Notes: generated by a model not told the origin, from the letters alone. A DNA stretch of 64,000 nt from Syntrophomonadaceae bacterium (GCA_012729505.1 JAAYDA010000048.1:70222-134221); one strand, 5' to 3'; shown: positions 9,941 to 21,449, counted from the first letter of the stretch. Numbers and translations are program-made.

Positions 9941-11341
9941 CTATAATATATACCGGCTTACTTCATCATCTTCCACAATTCTAGCCAATCTGGCATCAAC
10001 GTAATTACGGTCTATAATCACTTCCATTACGGAATAATCCGGAGCATCGAAAAGCAAATCTTCCAGCACCTTCTCAAGTATGGTACATAGCCGTCTGGCC
10101 CCGATATTCTCTGTCCGTGAATTAACTTCGTAGGCAATCTCTGCAATGTAACTGATAGAATCATCGCTAAATTTGACCGTCACGTTTTCTACTGAAAGCA
10201 GAGCTATGTACTGCTTAATTAACGAGTTATCAGGTTCAGTCAATATCCTTTCCAGATCGTTTTTTGACAAGTTATCAAGTTCAACTCGAATCGGGAATCT
10301 TCCCTGTAATTCCGGAATCAAATCGGATGGCTTACTGGTATGAAAAGCACCTGCCGCAATAAACAGTATGTGATCTGTTTTTACCGGCCCGTACTTGGTC
10401 ATAATGGTAGATCCTTCAACAATCGGAAGGATATCTCTCTGGACGCCACCTCTTGATACATCAGGTCCCCATGATCCATCGGTACCTGCAATCTTATCAA
10501 TTTCATCAAGGAATATTATTCCTTCATTTTCGGCTATATTCAAAGCTTCTCTTACTACTTCATCCATGTCAATAATCTTTTGAGCTTCTTCGTTAATGAG
10601 GTAACGGCGCGCTTCTGCGACTGACATCTTTCTTTTCTTTTTGTTTTTTGGCAACATGCCGCCAAAAACATCCTGGAAATTGATGCCCATTTCTTCGACT
10701 CCGGATCCGGATACGATTTCCAAAAAAGAAACCGGTTTTTCTACTACTTCAATTTCAATTATCTCGTCTTCTAACTCAAGTCTGGCCAATTTTTGGGCCA
10801 TAATAAGTCTCTTCTCGTGCATTGCCTTGACTTTATTAAGGTATTCCTGGTCTTCATCCTCATCTTCAGAATTCGAACCGAGAAGCAAATCTAAAGGGTT
10901 TTTAGGCAGCTTTGTTTTTCTTCGAGGAGGAGCAACTAAATAGTCTAAAAGCCTCTCCTCCGCTAAAGACTCGGCTTTCTCCTGAACAGTTGCCATGTTG
11001 GCCTGCTTCACCATCCGAATTGATGTTTCCACCAGATCACGAATCATGGATTCAACATCCCGGCCTACATAGCCGACTTCTGTAAATTTGGTGGCTTCTA
11101 TTTTAATAAACGGCGCTTTGACCAAGCGGGCTAAGCGCCTGGCTATCTCAGTTTTTCCTACTCCAGTTGGTCCAATCATAATAATATTTTTCGGGTATAT
11201 CTCTTCCCCCATATCCTCGGGGAGTCGTTTTCTTCTATAACGATTTCGCAATGCAATAGCTACTGCACGCTTGGCTTGGTCCTGACCTACCACATATCGG
11301 TCAAGCTCGGCCACAATCTGACGTGGTGTTGATGTATTCAC
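9941..11341 (-). CDS. hslU: ATP-dependent protease ATPase subunit HslU (ClpY)
   Basis: [33 protein letters not shown], Walker [16 protein letters not shown], and a C-terminal AAA+ lid. Confidence 0.95.
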   Translation of the reverse strand: MNTSTPRQIVAELDRYVVGQDQAKRAVAIALRNRYRRKRLPEDMGEEIYPKNIIMIGPTGVGKTEIARRLARLVKAPFIKIEATKFTEVGYVGRDVESMIRDLVETSIRMVKQANMATVQEKAESLAEERLLDYLVAPPRRKTKLPKNPLDLLLGSNSEDEDEDQEYLNKVKAMHEKRLIMAQKLARLELEDEIIEIEVVEKPVSFLEIVSGSGVEEMGINFQDVFGGMLPKNKKKRKMSVAEARRYLINEEAQKIIDMDEVVREALNIAENEGIIFLDEIDKIAGTDGSWGPDVSRGGVQRDILPIVEGSTIMTKYGPVKTDHILFIAAGAFHTSKPSDLIPELQGRFPIRVELDNLSKNDLERILTEPDNSLIKQYIALLSVENVTVKFSDDSISYIAEIAYEVNSRTENIGARRLCTILEKVLEDLLFDAPDYSVMEVIIDRNYVDARLARIVEDDEVSRYIL

Positions 11342-11350
11342 AAATGACTC

Positions 11351-11887
11351 CTATCTACCAAGTTGTTCAACCATAATATTTTGGTTAGTAAATACGCAGA
11401 TGTCTGAAGCAATTTTCAAGGATTCTACCGCGATTTGAGAAGCACTCAAATCAGAATGCAGCAACATGGCCCGAGCCGCCGCCAAAGCATAAGGTCCGCC
11501 CGAACCTATAGCAATAATGTTATCATCCGGTTCAATTACTTCACCATTCCCGGATAAAAGATACATACTTTCGCTGTTCATTACCACCAGCATAGCTTCC
11601 AAGCGTCTCAGGACTTTATCTCCACTCCATTCCCGGGCCACTTCAACCGCAGCCCGCGAAAGATTCCCTCGATATTCCTCCAGCTTCTTTTCAAACTTTC
11701 CATACAATGTAAAGGCATCAGCCACCGAACCTGCAAATCCTGCTAATACCTCACCATTATAAAGCCAGCGAACCTTTTTCGCTCCATGCTTCATAATGGT
11801 ATTTTGCCCCATGGTAACCTGGCCATCACCGGCCATTGCCGACTCCTGGTTACGTTTAACCGCAATAATTGTAGTCCCTCTAAACAA
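11351..11887 (-). CDS. hslV: ATP-dependent protease subunit HslV (ClpQ)
   Basis: The ORF-track ORF extends to 11938. I place the start at TTG 11887 (AAGGAG 8 nt upstream), giving [12 protein letters not shown] with the N-terminal Thr nucleophile region. GDGQVT motif present. Confidence 0.9.
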   Translation of the reverse strand: MFRGTTIIAVKRNQESAMAGDGQVTMGQNTIMKHGAKKVRWLYNGEVLAGFAGSVADAFTLYGKFEKKLEEYRGNLSRAAVEVAREWSGDKVLRRLEAMLVVMNSESMYLLSGNGEVIEPDDNIIAIGSGGPYALAAARAMLLHSDLSASQIAVESLKIASDICVFTNQNIMVEQLGR

Positions 11888-11891
11888 GCAA

Positions 11892-12803
11892 TTATCTCCT
11901 TGGATGTTTTTTATCGTGAACGCTCTTAATGCGCTCATTTGTCACATGAGTATAGATCTGGGTTGTGGATAGTTTCACATGTCCAAGAAACTCCTGCACC
12001 GAGCGCAGGTCTGCTCCCCCATTGAGCAGGTGGGTAGCAAAGGTGTGCCTGAGGGTATGAGGACTCACCTTCTGGTTAATGGCTACCTGTTGAACATATT
12101 TATTAATTATATTGCGAACACTCCGGGCGGTCAACCTCTGCCCAAACTTGTTGAGAAATACCGCCGTTTCATTATCATTGGAGCCTTTCCTCAGATCCTT
12201 GGTTCTCATAGGATAATACATTTTAAGGGATAAAGATGCATTTTTTCCCATAGGTACTATTCTCTCTTTGTTTCCCTTGCCGGTTACCTTAATATAACCT
12301 TCTTCAGTATCCACATTCTGAATATCCAATGAAACCAATTCACTAACCCTTATTCCGGTAGCATACAAAAGCTCCAGAATTGCTTTATCTCGTATTCCCC
12401 CTGCTTTGCTAATATCGGGTGCATCCAGCAATAACTCGATTTCCATCGGATACAAAAACCGGGGCAATTTCTTCTCTTGTTTGGGAGTCGATACTGCAGC
12501 AATGGGATTTCCCTGCAATACTCCTTCCCGGCATAAATACCTGACAAAAGATCTGAGAGTAGCAAGCTTTCTGGCCATGGTAGACCGGCTAAATCCCCGC
12601 AGCTGAAGATAAGACAAATATTCTCTCACTGACTTATGAATTACCATCTCCTCAGTAACTTCGTCGCGGGAAACCGAGTACTTGTCCGAAATAAAATCGA
12701 AAAACTGGATCAAATCAGTGCGATAACTAACTATAGTCATTTCCGAAGCATTTTTTTCGACTTGCAGATGCTCCAGGAACCCCTCCACATGTTGAAATAG
12801 CAA
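11892..12803 (-). CDS. xerC: tyrosine recombinase XerC (CodV-type)
   Basis: Catalytic region [12 protein letters not shown]...[14 protein letters not shown]. Occupies the codV position upstream of hslV. The ORF-track start at 12824 lacks an SD, while TTG 12803 follows GGAGGAGG by 6 nt. Confidence 0.85.
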   Translation of the reverse strand: MLFQHVEGFLEHLQVEKNASEMTIVSYRTDLIQFFDFISDKYSVSRDEVTEEMVIHKSVREYLSYLQLRGFSRSTMARKLATLRSFVRYLCREGVLQGNPIAAVSTPKQEKKLPRFLYPMEIELLLDAPDISKAGGIRDKAILELLYATGIRVSELVSLDIQNVDTEEGYIKVTGKGNKERIVPMGKNASLSLKMYYPMRTKDLRKGSNDNETAVFLNKFGQRLTARSVRNIINKYVQQVAINQKVSPHTLRHTFATHLLNGGADLRSVQEFLGHVKLSTTQIYTHVTNERIKSVHDKKHPRR

Positions 12804-12865
12804 AATAGTCCTCCTCCAAAGCATTCTACGTTATTATCCTAGCATAATGATATAGTTATTACAAC

Positions 12866-14182
12866 TCAGTTAACAAAAATTTCAGAAAATTCCCTAATCT
12901 TCAGTTCGGACCTCTTTGCCAGCTGCAGTTTCCTGTCGGCTCTTTTCCTCACTTTAATACCCAAAGGCGGCAAGAGGCCAAAGTTCGCATTCATAGGTTG
13001 AAATCTCTCCTGCTGCGGATCGCAGACATAATTTATAAGACTTCCTAACATAGTGTCCTCCGGCACAGTGGCCAGTTCTGATCCTAGGCAGCGGCGACCG
13101 GCATTGATGCCGGCAATTATTCCTGTGGCGGCAGATTCCATGTAACCTTCCACCCCAATAATCTGACCGGCAAAGAAAAGGTTGGGGCGATCTTTAAATT
13201 GCAGAGCAGTATTAAGCAGCTGAGGGCTGTTAATATATGTATTGCGATGCATAACTCCCAGCCGCAGGAACTTAGCGTTTTCCAGCCCCGGTATAAGGCG
13301 AAGGACCCTCTCTTGCTCACCCCACTTCATCCGCGTTTGAAAACCTACCGGACTGACCATGGTCCCTTCCCGGTTTTCATTGCGAAGCTGAACCACTGCA
13401 TATGGCACTTTATCATTCCTTGGGTCAGGAAGGCCCACCGGTCTCATAGGACCAAAGCGAAGAGTGTCCCGCCCTTTACGTGCCATTACTTCAATAGGAG
13501 TACATGCGCTGAAGTATAGGCCCTGATCCACCTCAGTAACAGGCAGAGAATCAGCATTGATTAACTCTTGATAAAATCGGTCGTACTCCTCTTCACTAAG
13601 TGGACAGTTCAAATAATCACTTTCACCCTTACCATATCTTGAACCCCAATAGACCTTAGCCATATCAATACTGCCGGCATCCAGGATTGGCGCCACCGCA
13701 TCAAAAAAGAACAGATGCTCTTGTCCGGTTAATTCAATCAAAGATTCAGAAAGAGCGTCAGAAGTAAGGGGGCCGCTGGCCACCACTGTAAGTCTGGAAT
13801 CCGGCAAATCTCGTACTTCTTCATTTATTACCTGGATCAATGGATGATTGCTGATAGTTTCTGTTAAATAACTCCCCAGAAGGTGTCGATCCACTGCCAG
13901 AGCTGATCCGGCCGGAACCCGGCAGCGATCAGCAATCTCGAGAATGATTGATCCAATCCTTCGCATCTCCTGTTTCAGAACTCCCTGTGCAGTCCCAATG
14001 TCTTCAGACTTGAGACTGTTGCTGCATACCAATTCACCCAATAATCCCGTTTTGTGAGCAGGAGTTTGCCGATGTGGCCGCATCTCATACAAATCTACCG
14101 GAATGCCGCAGTTTGCCAATGCAAAGGCGGCTTCGCAACCTGCAAGTCCGCCCCCGATTACCATTACTCTATCCTCTTTCAT
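12866..14182 (-). CDS. trmFO: folate-dependent tRNA (U54) methyltransferase TrmFO (Gid)
   Basis: N-terminal FAD motif VIGGGLAGCEAA, 438 aa, located between topA and xerC as in Bacillus. Confidence 0.95.
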   Translation of the reverse strand: MKEDRVMVIGGGLAGCEAAFALANCGIPVDLYEMRPHRQTPAHKTGLLGELVCSNSLKSEDIGTAQGVLKQEMRRIGSIILEIADRCRVPAGSALAVDRHLLGSYLTETISNHPLIQVINEEVRDLPDSRLTVVASGPLTSDALSESLIELTGQEHLFFFDAVAPILDAGSIDMAKVYWGSRYGKGESDYLNCPLSEEEYDRFYQELINADSLPVTEVDQGLYFSACTPIEVMARKGRDTLRFGPMRPVGLPDPRNDKVPYAVVQLRNENREGTMVSPVGFQTRMKWGEQERVLRLIPGLENAKFLRLGVMHRNTYINSPQLLNTALQFKDRPNLFFAGQIIGVEGYMESAATGIIAGINAGRRCLGSELATVPEDTMLGSLINYVCDPQQERFQPMNANFGLLPPLGIKVRKRADRKLQLAKRSELKIREFSEIFVN

Positions 14183-14205
14183 ATTTCATCTTCCTCCAGG
14201 AAACA

Positions 14206-16248
14206 TCATGAATTATTGGGTTCATTCTCAGATTCAGACGGGGTCCCTTTAGTTTGCTTAGCCGACTTCTCGCCCGGCTTATTCCATGATTTAAATTCAC
14301 ACTGAGGGTAATTTTTACATCCGTAAAATCTTCTCCCCTTTTTTGTCTTGAGGGTTACTATATCTCCTCCACACTCGGGACACGGAACACCAATAGTCTC
14401 ATTGATGGATTCCGTATGACGGCAATCGGGGAATCCGGAGCAAGCCGCAAACTTGCCGAACCTCCCCATCTTTATTAACATCGGTTTCCCACACTCAGGA
14501 CAATCCTTGTCTGCAGGCTGGTCCGGTATAGTAACTTTCTCAATTACCTCTTGAGCATTCTCCAGTCTCTGGGCAAAAGGACCATAAAATTCTTCTACGA
14601 TCTTAACCCAGGATAGATTACCCTCCTCAACCTTGTCCAAATCCTCCTCCATCTCAGCCGTAAATTTAACTTCCATAATCTCCGGGAAGTATTCCTTCAG
14701 CAGATCAACTACTATGAACCCCAATTCAGTCGGATGAAACTGCTTGGTCCTTCTTTCCACATAACCCCGTTTAATAATAGTCTCGACTATAGGGGCATAA
14801 GTGCTGGGCCGCCCAATGTTTTTCTCCTCCAGCAGCTTAATCAAACTGGCATCGGTATAGCGAGGCGGGGGCTGAGTAAAATGCTGTTCGGGAATTACTG
14901 CCTCAATGATAACCTTTTCACCTTCAGCCAGGACCGGAAGACTGGTCTTTGAAGCGCTCTTATCTTTTTCTTCATCAACAACATCATAAATCGCCAGATG
15001 TCCAGGGAAAGTAAGCTGGGAAGCACTGGAACGCAGCAGCAGCCCACTGGCCGATATATCGACGGTTACAGTGTCATAAAGTGCTGTAGCCATCTGACTG
15101 GCCACGAAGCGATTCCAAATCAACTTATATAAACGCATCTGATCTCTGGACAGAACTTGCTTCAGATCCTCCGGCCGGCGATATACAGAGGTGGGCCGAA
15201 TCGACTCATGAGCATCCTGAGCAGATTTTCTTGATTTATAAACATTGGGTTGTCTGGGCACATATTCCGGACCAAATCGTTCCTTAATATAACTGCGGGC
15301 TTCCGTCTGGGCCTCATCTGACACCCGGGTGGAATCAGTCCGGATGTAGGTCAGCAGCCCCACACTGCCTGAAGTGCCCAAATTTATGCCCTCATAAAGC
15401 TCCTGAGCAATTCGCATGGTACGACTGCTGGTAAACCCCAATCTTTTGGCAGCTTCCTGCTGCAAAGTGCTGGTAATAAAAGGAGGGAGAGCTGGGCGCC
15501 GCTTCTTTTTAGAGTCTATTTTGCTGACGGTGAAAGCAGATTTTTTGATTTGCGCGGCCAGCTTATCAGCCGCTTCCTGGTTCTTAATAACCGGTTTTTT
15601 CCCTTTAACTGCATGTAAATGAGCAGTGAAAGGGTCCTGACGTTTCGACAGCAACTCCACATCGATGCTCCAGTATTCTTCAGTCTGGAAGTCTTCTATC
15701 TCTTTTTCTCTTTCACAAATAAGACGAACCGCCACCGACTGAACCCGGCCGGCGCTAAGTCCTTTGCGAACCTTGGACCATAGGAGGGGGCTCAAGGAAT
15801 ACCCCACCAGACGATCCACGACCCGGCGGGTCTGCTGTGCGTTAACCCGATCAAAATCTATGCCGCGGGGTTTTTTTATCGCTTTGCTAACTGCGTCTTT
15901 AGTGATTTCATTAAACTCAATGCGGGAACATTTTGACTCGTCACCAGAGTTTATTACTTTGCTTAAATGCCAGGCGATAGCTTCACCCTCCCGGTCAGGG
16001 TCAGTGGCCAGCAATATTCTATCGGCTTTTTTAGCTTCCTCACGGATCTCTTTTATCAGTGGTCCCTTACCGCGAATGGTGATATATTGAGGCATGAAAC
16101 CATTTTCAACATCAATTCCCATTTTGCTTTTGGGTAAATCACGAACATGGCCTACAGATGCCTTGACCTTATATTTAGGGCCCAGAAATTTTCCAATTGT
16201 CTTGGCCTTAGCTGCTGACTCAACAATTACTAAAGTTTTCTTCGCCAA
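14206..16248 (-). CDS. topA: DNA topoisomerase I
   Basis: Toprim N-terminus (LVIVESAAKAKTIGKFLG, ATDPDREGEAIAWH), active-site region, and C-terminal CPECG/CxxC zinc ribbons. Confidence 0.95.
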   Translation of the reverse strand: MAKKTLVIVESAAKAKTIGKFLGPKYKVKASVGHVRDLPKSKMGIDVENGFMPQYITIRGKGPLIKEIREEAKKADRILLATDPDREGEAIAWHLSKVINSGDESKCSRIEFNEITKDAVSKAIKKPRGIDFDRVNAQQTRRVVDRLVGYSLSPLLWSKVRKGLSAGRVQSVAVRLICEREKEIEDFQTEEYWSIDVELLSKRQDPFTAHLHAVKGKKPVIKNQEAADKLAAQIKKSAFTVSKIDSKKKRRPALPPFITSTLQQEAAKRLGFTSSRTMRIAQELYEGINLGTSGSVGLLTYIRTDSTRVSDEAQTEARSYIKERFGPEYVPRQPNVYKSRKSAQDAHESIRPTSVYRRPEDLKQVLSRDQMRLYKLIWNRFVASQMATALYDTVTVDISASGLLLRSSASQLTFPGHLAIYDVVDEEKDKSASKTSLPVLAEGEKVIIEAVIPEQHFTQPPPRYTDASLIKLLEEKNIGRPSTYAPIVETIIKRGYVERRTKQFHPTELGFIVVDLLKEYFPEIMEVKFTAEMEEDLDKVEEGNLSWVKIVEEFYGPFAQRLENAQEVIEKVTIPDQPADKDCPECGKPMLIKMGRFGKFAACSGFPDCRHTESINETIGVPCPECGGDIVTLKTKKGRRFYGCKNYPQCEFKSWNKPGEKSAKQTKGTPSESENEPNNS

Positions 16249-16275
16249 ATCATCACCTCAAATAAATCTCTACAT

Positions 16276-17355
16276 TTATATTCGAACATATGTGTTTCCT
16301 GGAAGACATTTAATTTTACCCTCTATTTCTAATCGAAGCAACTCCGCGGCAATCTCTCCCACTGATATTTCAGACTTATCCACTATTTGATCTATGTGGA
16401 TGGGTTCAAAGCCAATAAACCGCAAAACTTTGGAGCTCCTCTCATCAGTTTTAGCATTGAGGAGATTTTTTCCCATTTTTTCTATTCCCCATTCATCCAG
16501 GATGTCATCAACTCCCGTTACCAGCCGGGCGCCCTCCTGCAGGAGCTGATGCGGACCCCGGCTGTAACCGCTGGTAATCGGGCCCGGAACCGCAAAAACA
16601 TCCTTGCCTTGCTCCAGCGCAAATCCTACGGTAATCATGGCTCCACTCTTTGCCTGAGCTTCAACAACCACTATCCCTCTGGATAATGCAGAAATCAAAC
16701 GATTCCGGATTGGAAAATGTCCGGGTTCGGGAGTAGTTCCGGGATAGAATTCGGAAAGCAGTAAGCCCTGCTGCCGGACATTCATATACAGACTGCGATT
16801 TTCCCTGGGATAAACAACATCTACTCCATTGCCTAAGACTCCTATAGTTTTCCCTCCTGCATCCAAGCAACCCCGATGGCTTTCGGAATCAATCCCTCTG
16901 GCCATTCCGCTCACCACCACAAAACCAGCTTCAGCCAGCTCACCGGCTAATCGGCGGGCCACCGTCCTCCCGTAGGGAGTAGCCTGCCTGGAGCCAACTA
17001 TGCCTACTGCCGGTATATCCAGGACTTTTATATCTCCCTGGTAAAAGATTAGGGGTGGCGGAGTATGAATGACTCGGAAGCTCTCCGGGTAATCAGATTC
17101 AAAATAAGCCAAAACCCCAATTCCCGCCTGCCGGCATTTTTCCAGCTCCTCAGCAGGACCCTGTTGTTCACGGATCTCATGGAGGCTTGAAGCTAATTTA
17201 TGCCCAATTATTTCGGACAGCATCTCCCGCGGAGTATTCCATATCTCTTCATAAGTATTCAGCCGGTCTTTAAGCTTCGTTAATTTAAGCGGCCCTAGTC
17301 CCTGCACCTTGAGAATAGATAGCAGATAGTTCTTTTCACCAATCATTGCATCCAC
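16276..17355 (-). CDS. dprA: DNA-protecting/processing protein DprA (Smf)
   Basis: DprA Rossmann-like core (VGIVGSRQATPYG...VVSGMARGIDS..H), 359 aa, upstream of topA. Confidence 0.9.
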   Translation of the reverse strand: MDAMIGEKNYLLSILKVQGLGPLKLTKLKDRLNTYEEIWNTPREMLSEIIGHKLASSLHEIREQQGPAEELEKCRQAGIGVLAYFESDYPESFRVIHTPPPLIFYQGDIKVLDIPAVGIVGSRQATPYGRTVARRLAGELAEAGFVVVSGMARGIDSESHRGCLDAGGKTIGVLGNGVDVVYPRENRSLYMNVRQQGLLLSEFYPGTTPEPGHFPIRNRLISALSRGIVVVEAQAKSGAMITVGFALEQGKDVFAVPGPITSGYSRGPHQLLQEGARLVTGVDDILDEWGIEKMGKNLLNAKTDERSSKVLRFIGFEPIHIDQIVDKSEISVGEIAAELLRLEIEGKIKCLPGNTYVRI

Positions 17356-17530
17356 TCCATAGCTTTTTGGATGAAAACCCCAGCATATTTCAAAGTTTAC
17401 TCACCCAATGGCTTCTCGTCAAATCTTTCCGGTAAATATGGAAGGATTTATAATGCTTTTCGCGAATCCATAAGTGGGGTATTGTGGAAAAATAAACCAT
17501 ACCGCTTTGTCGGAAGGAAGGAGATTGCTT

Positions 17531-19057
17531 TTGTTTGCCACCGTTAGAAGCTTGACCTTAAACGGCATTGATGCAATCCCCATTCAAGTGGAGGTAGATG
17601 TACAAAACGGCCTGCCAGCTTTTGATCTGGTCGGACTTGGATCTACCTCTGTCCGGGAATCCAGAGAAAGAGTCCGGGCAGCCATAAAGAATTCCGGCTT
17701 CGAATTCCCTCTGAAGCGGATAACCGTTAACCTGGCTCCGGCAGATTTGCGCAAAGAAGGCAGTCATCTGGACCTGCCCATTGCTCTGGGAATTCTTTTG
17801 GCCAGCGGACAAATTGAGCCTTCTATGGAAATGGTCTGTTGGGTGGGAGAATTGTCGCTGGAGGGCACCATCAAAGGAATTCCCGGGGTACTGCCAATGA
17901 TTCTGGCTCTGAGCCGGGATGAACACGGCCTTCCCCTAGTGATTCCCGCCGCTAATCAGCATGAAGCATCACTTCTGGCCCATCCCTGTTTCCTGGCCGA
18001 TTCTTTGCAGCAGATAGTCTCATTCTTTAGGGGAGAAGATTCTCTGACAAAAGCTTCATTATCAGAGGTAACCGTAACATCCGGCCAATACCCCCACGAT
18101 TTTTCTGATATTAAGGGACAGGCCTCCGCCAAACGGGCCCTGGAAGTAGCCGTAGCCGGAGGACACAACATCCTGCTTATCGGGCCGCCCGGCTCAGGAA
18201 AAACCATGCTGGCCCGTCGAATTCCAACCATAATGCCGGCCATGACCCAACAGGAAATCCTGGAGACCACTCAAATATATTCGGTAGCCGGTCTCCTCTT
18301 AAATAATGAACAGCCCTTAATATCTACCCGGCCCTTCCGTGCCCCTCATCGCAATGCCACCACCAACAGCATCATTGGAGGCGGAAGAATTCCCCGCCCA
18401 GGCGAAGTAAGCCTGGCTCAGCACGGGGTACTGTTTCTGGATGAAGTAACCGAGTTCTCCCGCGATGTCCTGGAAAGCCTGCGGCAACCCCTGGAAGACG
18501 GTGTCGTTACCATTACCCGCACCCAAAAGACTTCAACTTATCCGTGCAGCTTTATGCTGGTTTCTGCTTGTAATCCGTGTTTCTGCGGTTTTTTCGGAGA
18601 TCAGGACCGGGAATGTACCTGCACACCTGTGCAGGTATCCAGGTATCTGAATCGACTTTCCGGTCCCCTTATGGACCGAATCGACTTGCAGGTGGAGGTT
18701 CCCCGGGTCAGCTATGAATCCCTGGCTCATTCCGTGGTTCAGGAGAGTTCGGCCGAGATCAGGGCCCGGGTTGAGAAAGCCCGTCAGATACAGACCCATC
18801 GTTATTCTCGCCGGCGAATAAAAGTAAATGCCCAAATGAGATCCCAGGACTTGCGAGCCTTCTGCAAACTAAATGAGGAAGCCGAACCACTGCTGCGTTC
18901 CGCCTTCCAACGGCTGGGTCTGAGTGCCCGGGGCTATGATCGAATCTTAAAGGTGGCCCGGACTATTGCCGATTTGGAAGGAACAAAAGATATCGGTCCG
19001 TCCCACGTAGCGGAAGCTATCCAGTACCGCAGCCTGGAGAGAAAATACCGCTCTTAG
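17531..19057 (+). CDS. comM: YifB/ComM family Mg-chelatase-like AAA+ ATPase
   Basis: Lon-protease-like N-domain, Walker A GPPGSGKTM, GVLFLDE, and C-terminal ChlI-like region. The ORF-track start is 17474. TTG 17531 follows GGAAGGAGA and gives the typical MFATVRS.. N-terminus. Confidence 0.85.
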   Translation: MFATVRSLTLNGIDAIPIQVEVDVQNGLPAFDLVGLGSTSVRESRERVRAAIKNSGFEFPLKRITVNLAPADLRKEGSHLDLPIALGILLASGQIEPSMEMVCWVGELSLEGTIKGIPGVLPMILALSRDEHGLPLVIPAANQHEASLLAHPCFLADSLQQIVSFFRGEDSLTKASLSEVTVTSGQYPHDFSDIKGQASAKRALEVAVAGGHNILLIGPPGSGKTMLARRIPTIMPAMTQQEILETTQIYSVAGLLLNNEQPLISTRPFRAPHRNATTNSIIGGGRIPRPGEVSLAQHGVLFLDEVTEFSRDVLESLRQPLEDGVVTITRTQKTSTYPCSFMLVSACNPCFCGFFGDQDRECTCTPVQVSRYLNRLSGPLMDRIDLQVEVPRVSYESLAHSVVQESSAEIRARVEKARQIQTHRYSRRRIKVNAQMRSQDLRAFCKLNEEAEPLLRSAFQRLGLSARGYDRILKVARTIADLEGTKDIGPSHVAEAIQYRSLERKYRS

Positions 19058-19116
19058 GATTGTATAACCCCATAATAATGATAATACACAAACTATATTT
19101 CCAAAAACCAAAAGAG

Positions 19117-19155
19117 CTCTGTATCCCTGATTTATTGGGGGTTACAGAGTCTTTT
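19117..19155 (+). terminator. probable terminator after comM
   Basis: CTCTGTATCCC / GGGTTACAGAG stem (10 bp plus one mismatch) followed by TCTTTTG. Confidence 0.55.
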
Positions 19156-19191
19156 GGGCTCAGTTTGCTGTCAAACTCAAAAAAAGCGGTC

Positions 19192-19220
19192 TTGAATCTA
19201 GTCTGCCGGCAAAGTATGTA
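19192..19220 (+). promoter_or_regulatory. candidate sigma-A-type promoter for the sigma-54 activator gene (TTGAAT-N17-TATGTA)
   Basis: Hexamers and 17-nt spacer read by eye, about 50 nt upstream of ATG 19269. Confidence 0.3.
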
Positions 19221-19268
19221 ATAAGATTAAATTAGTCTTGACATCCAGGGAAGGGAGGGATAGGAAGC

Positions 19269-21284
19269 ATGAAAGCTGTTCACCCGCCTTCAGCGATGGA
19301 CGTTGCCTGGAAACGTTTCATATTATATGGCAAGGTAGAGGATTCATCGCCAGTTCGCCCCGAGATTGTGGATTCCTGGTGCAGATGCTATGCGGCGGGA
19401 GTAAATCCTTACGACGGCGCCAGTCATCTGGTTTTGAACGAGAATCAACTTGAGGATCTGCTGAACAAGCATCAGGAGCTGATTGACGTAGCTCGCCCTT
19501 TCATGACGAAATTGTATGAGTTTGTGGCGGGATCGGGTTTTATCGTTCTTTTAGCGGACGAGCGTGGATATATGATAGAAGTGATGGGTGATTACGATAG
19601 CCTGGAGAACGCCGGCAAGGTCAATCTGAGCCGGGGCTACGGCTGGATGGAAGAGGAAGTGGGCACCAACGGCATCGGAACGGCATTGGTCCTGGGACGT
19701 CCTTTTCAGGTATCGGGCCGGGAACACTATTGCCGGAAGATTCATTCCTGGACCTGTTCAGCCGCTCCGATCATTGACGAAAACGGACATATACTGGGCG
19801 CTCTGCAAATGTCTGGACCTTCCAGCGGAGCCCACCTGCATACCCTGGGGATGGTAGTGGCGGCGGTGGAAGCGATTTCCCACCAAATAAGGATAAAAAA
19901 ACAGAACAGCGAATTAACGGTACTGAACAACAGCCTTAATGATATTTTTCAGACCATGTCCGACGGGGCTTTGCTTATCAATATGAAGGGCGTAATAAGT
20001 CAGATTAACCCGGTGGCCGAGCAGATATTGGGGGAGGAGGTACTGGGGAACTCCATATATAAAGCCTTTGGAGGCTCGGAAGAAATCGCGTTGATGCTGT
20101 CGCCGGATAGAACCTTCGCTGACCTGGAAGTGATTATAGATACCGCCAGAGGCCGTTTGCACTGCCTGGCTACCAGCAAGCCCATCAAGGATGAGTACGG
20201 CCGGGTGACCGGCGCGGTTGTCTTCTTCAATCCTATCAACAAAGTCAAAAATCTGGTCAATCGCTTGAACGGCGCCCAGGCCAGCTTCTATTTCAAGGAT
20301 ATCATCGGCGGCAGCCAGAAACTTCAAAAGGCTATCCAGGTGGGCATGCGGGCGGCGTCCAGCACCAGCAACGTGCTCATCCAGGGTGAAAGCGGCACCG
20401 GCAAAGAACTGTTTGCCCAGGCCATCCACAACCAGAGCCGCCGCCGCAAAGGACCGTTTATTGCCTTAAACTGCGCCGCCATTCCCCGGGAGCTGATCGC
20501 CAGCGAGCTGTTTGGGTATGCGGAGGGCGCCTTCACGGGGGCCAGGCGGGGCGGGAGACCCGGCAAATTTGAATTGGCTGCGGGAGGGACTCTTTTCCTG
20601 GATGAGATTGGAGATATGCCCCTTGATCAGCAGGCCTCCCTGCTGCGGGTCCTGCAGGAAAAGAAAATTACCCGGGTGGGGGGAGAAAAGATTATCCCTG
20701 TGGATGTGCGGATAATTTGTGCCACCAACAAGAATCTGCAGACCGAGATTGGGAAGCGTAATTTCCGGCCGGACCTGTATTATCGCCTGAATGTGATAGA
20801 AATTTACGTGCCTCCTTTACGGGAGCGTCGGGAAGATATCGAACCGCTTTTTAATTACCTCCTGGACAAGATCGCCGGGAGAATGGAGATGAAAATCGAA
20901 TACATTGAGCCGGGCGTTTTAGAAAGCCTCCGGCGTTACGATTGGCCGGGCAATGTCCGGGAATTGGAAAACGTAGTGGAGAAAATAATCAATATGGTCA
21001 GGGGATCCGGCATCATGCCTGAACACCTGCCCGCGGAGATCATATCCCTGCATCCAACCTTCAAACCTGGGTATGATCCCGGATCTTCCAATCTCGATAC
21101 GGAGAAAGCGTCCCTGGCGGAAAGCCGGGCGCATACCACGCCGGAGCGGGAGGCGCTGCTGAATTTGCTGGACCGCCACCAGGGCAATATCAGCCGGGTT
21201 GCCCGTGAAATGGGGGTTTGCCGCAACACCGTTTATCGGAAAATGAGACTCTACCATATCGGCAGGGAATCTCACTTCGATTAG
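19269..21284 (+). CDS. sigma-54-dependent transcriptional activator, AcoR-like (N-terminal sensory GAF/PAS region, AAA+ core, C-terminal Fis-type HTH)
   Basis: AAA+ core [21 protein letters not shown] loop ([13 protein letters not shown]), LFLDEIGDM, and C-terminal [24 protein letters not shown]. The N-terminal WKRFILYG...[12 protein letters not shown] is typical of the AcoR family. GGAGGG SD. Confidence 0.9.
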   Translation: MKAVHPPSAMDVAWKRFILYGKVEDSSPVRPEIVDSWCRCYAAGVNPYDGASHLVLNENQLEDLLNKHQELIDVARPFMTKLYEFVAGSGFIVLLADERGYMIEVMGDYDSLENAGKVNLSRGYGWMEEEVGTNGIGTALVLGRPFQVSGREHYCRKIHSWTCSAAPIIDENGHILGALQMSGPSSGAHLHTLGMVVAAVEAISHQIRIKKQNSELTVLNNSLNDIFQTMSDGALLINMKGVISQINPVAEQILGEEVLGNSIYKAFGGSEEIALMLSPDRTFADLEVIIDTARGRLHCLATSKPIKDEYGRVTGAVVFFNPINKVKNLVNRLNGAQASFYFKDIIGGSQKLQKAIQVGMRAASSTSNVLIQGESGTGKELFAQAIHNQSRRRKGPFIALNCAAIPRELIASELFGYAEGAFTGARRGGRPGKFELAAGGTLFLDEIGDMPLDQQASLLRVLQEKKITRVGGEKIIPVDVRIICATNKNLQTEIGKRNFRPDLYYRLNVIEIYVPPLRERREDIEPLFNYLLDKIAGRMEMKIEYIEPGVLESLRRYDWPGNVRELENVVEKIINMVRGSGIMPEHLPAEIISLHPTFKPGYDPGSSNLDTEKASLAESRAHTTPEREALLNLLDRHQGNISRVAREMGVCRNTVYRKMRLYHIGRESHFD

Positions 21285-21323
21285 CCCCGGACTTACATAA
21301 TACGCTGTACGCGCCTGTGATTG

Positions 21324-21362
21324 AGCACCTGTTACACGAAAAGGAACAGGTGCTTCATTTTG
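21324..21362 (+). terminator. 10-bp perfect hairpin (AGCACCTGTT-N11-AACAGGTGCT) plus TTCATTTT: terminator of the activator gene and/or activator binding site
   Basis: Read directly. Begins 40 nt after the stop codon. Centred roughly 120 nt upstream of the predicted sigma-54 start site, so a UAS role is equally possible. Confidence 0.45.
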
Positions 21363-21433
21363 AGGAGATATTTGATCGGGAAGCTTGGCGTTCCTTGGAG
21401 ATAACCCCTCGAATCGACCAGCCTTAATCCAGT

Positions 21434-21449
21434 TGGCACGTTATTTGCA
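21434..21449 (+). promoter_or_regulatory. sigma-54 (-24/-12) promoter TGGCAC-gttat-TTGCA
   Basis: Exact match to the TGGCAC-N5-TTGCW consensus, 135 nt upstream of the aldehyde dehydrogenase ATG and directly downstream of a sigma-54 activator gene. Confidence 0.8.

Noticed and set aside
11892-12803. Tyrosine recombinase considered as a marker of an integrated element near the 19-30 kb accessory region
   Set aside because: It sits in the conserved trmFO-xerC-hslVU-codY string 6 kb away from the accessory genes. No attachment-site-like direct repeats were seen flanking 19.0-29.8 kb.
19238-19243. Perfect TTGACA hexamer upstream of the sigma-54 activator gene
   Set aside because: It lies only 25 nt from the ATG and overlaps the SD region, with no -10 at a usable distance. 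The TTGAAT-N17-TATGTA pair further upstream is a better, though still weak, candidate.
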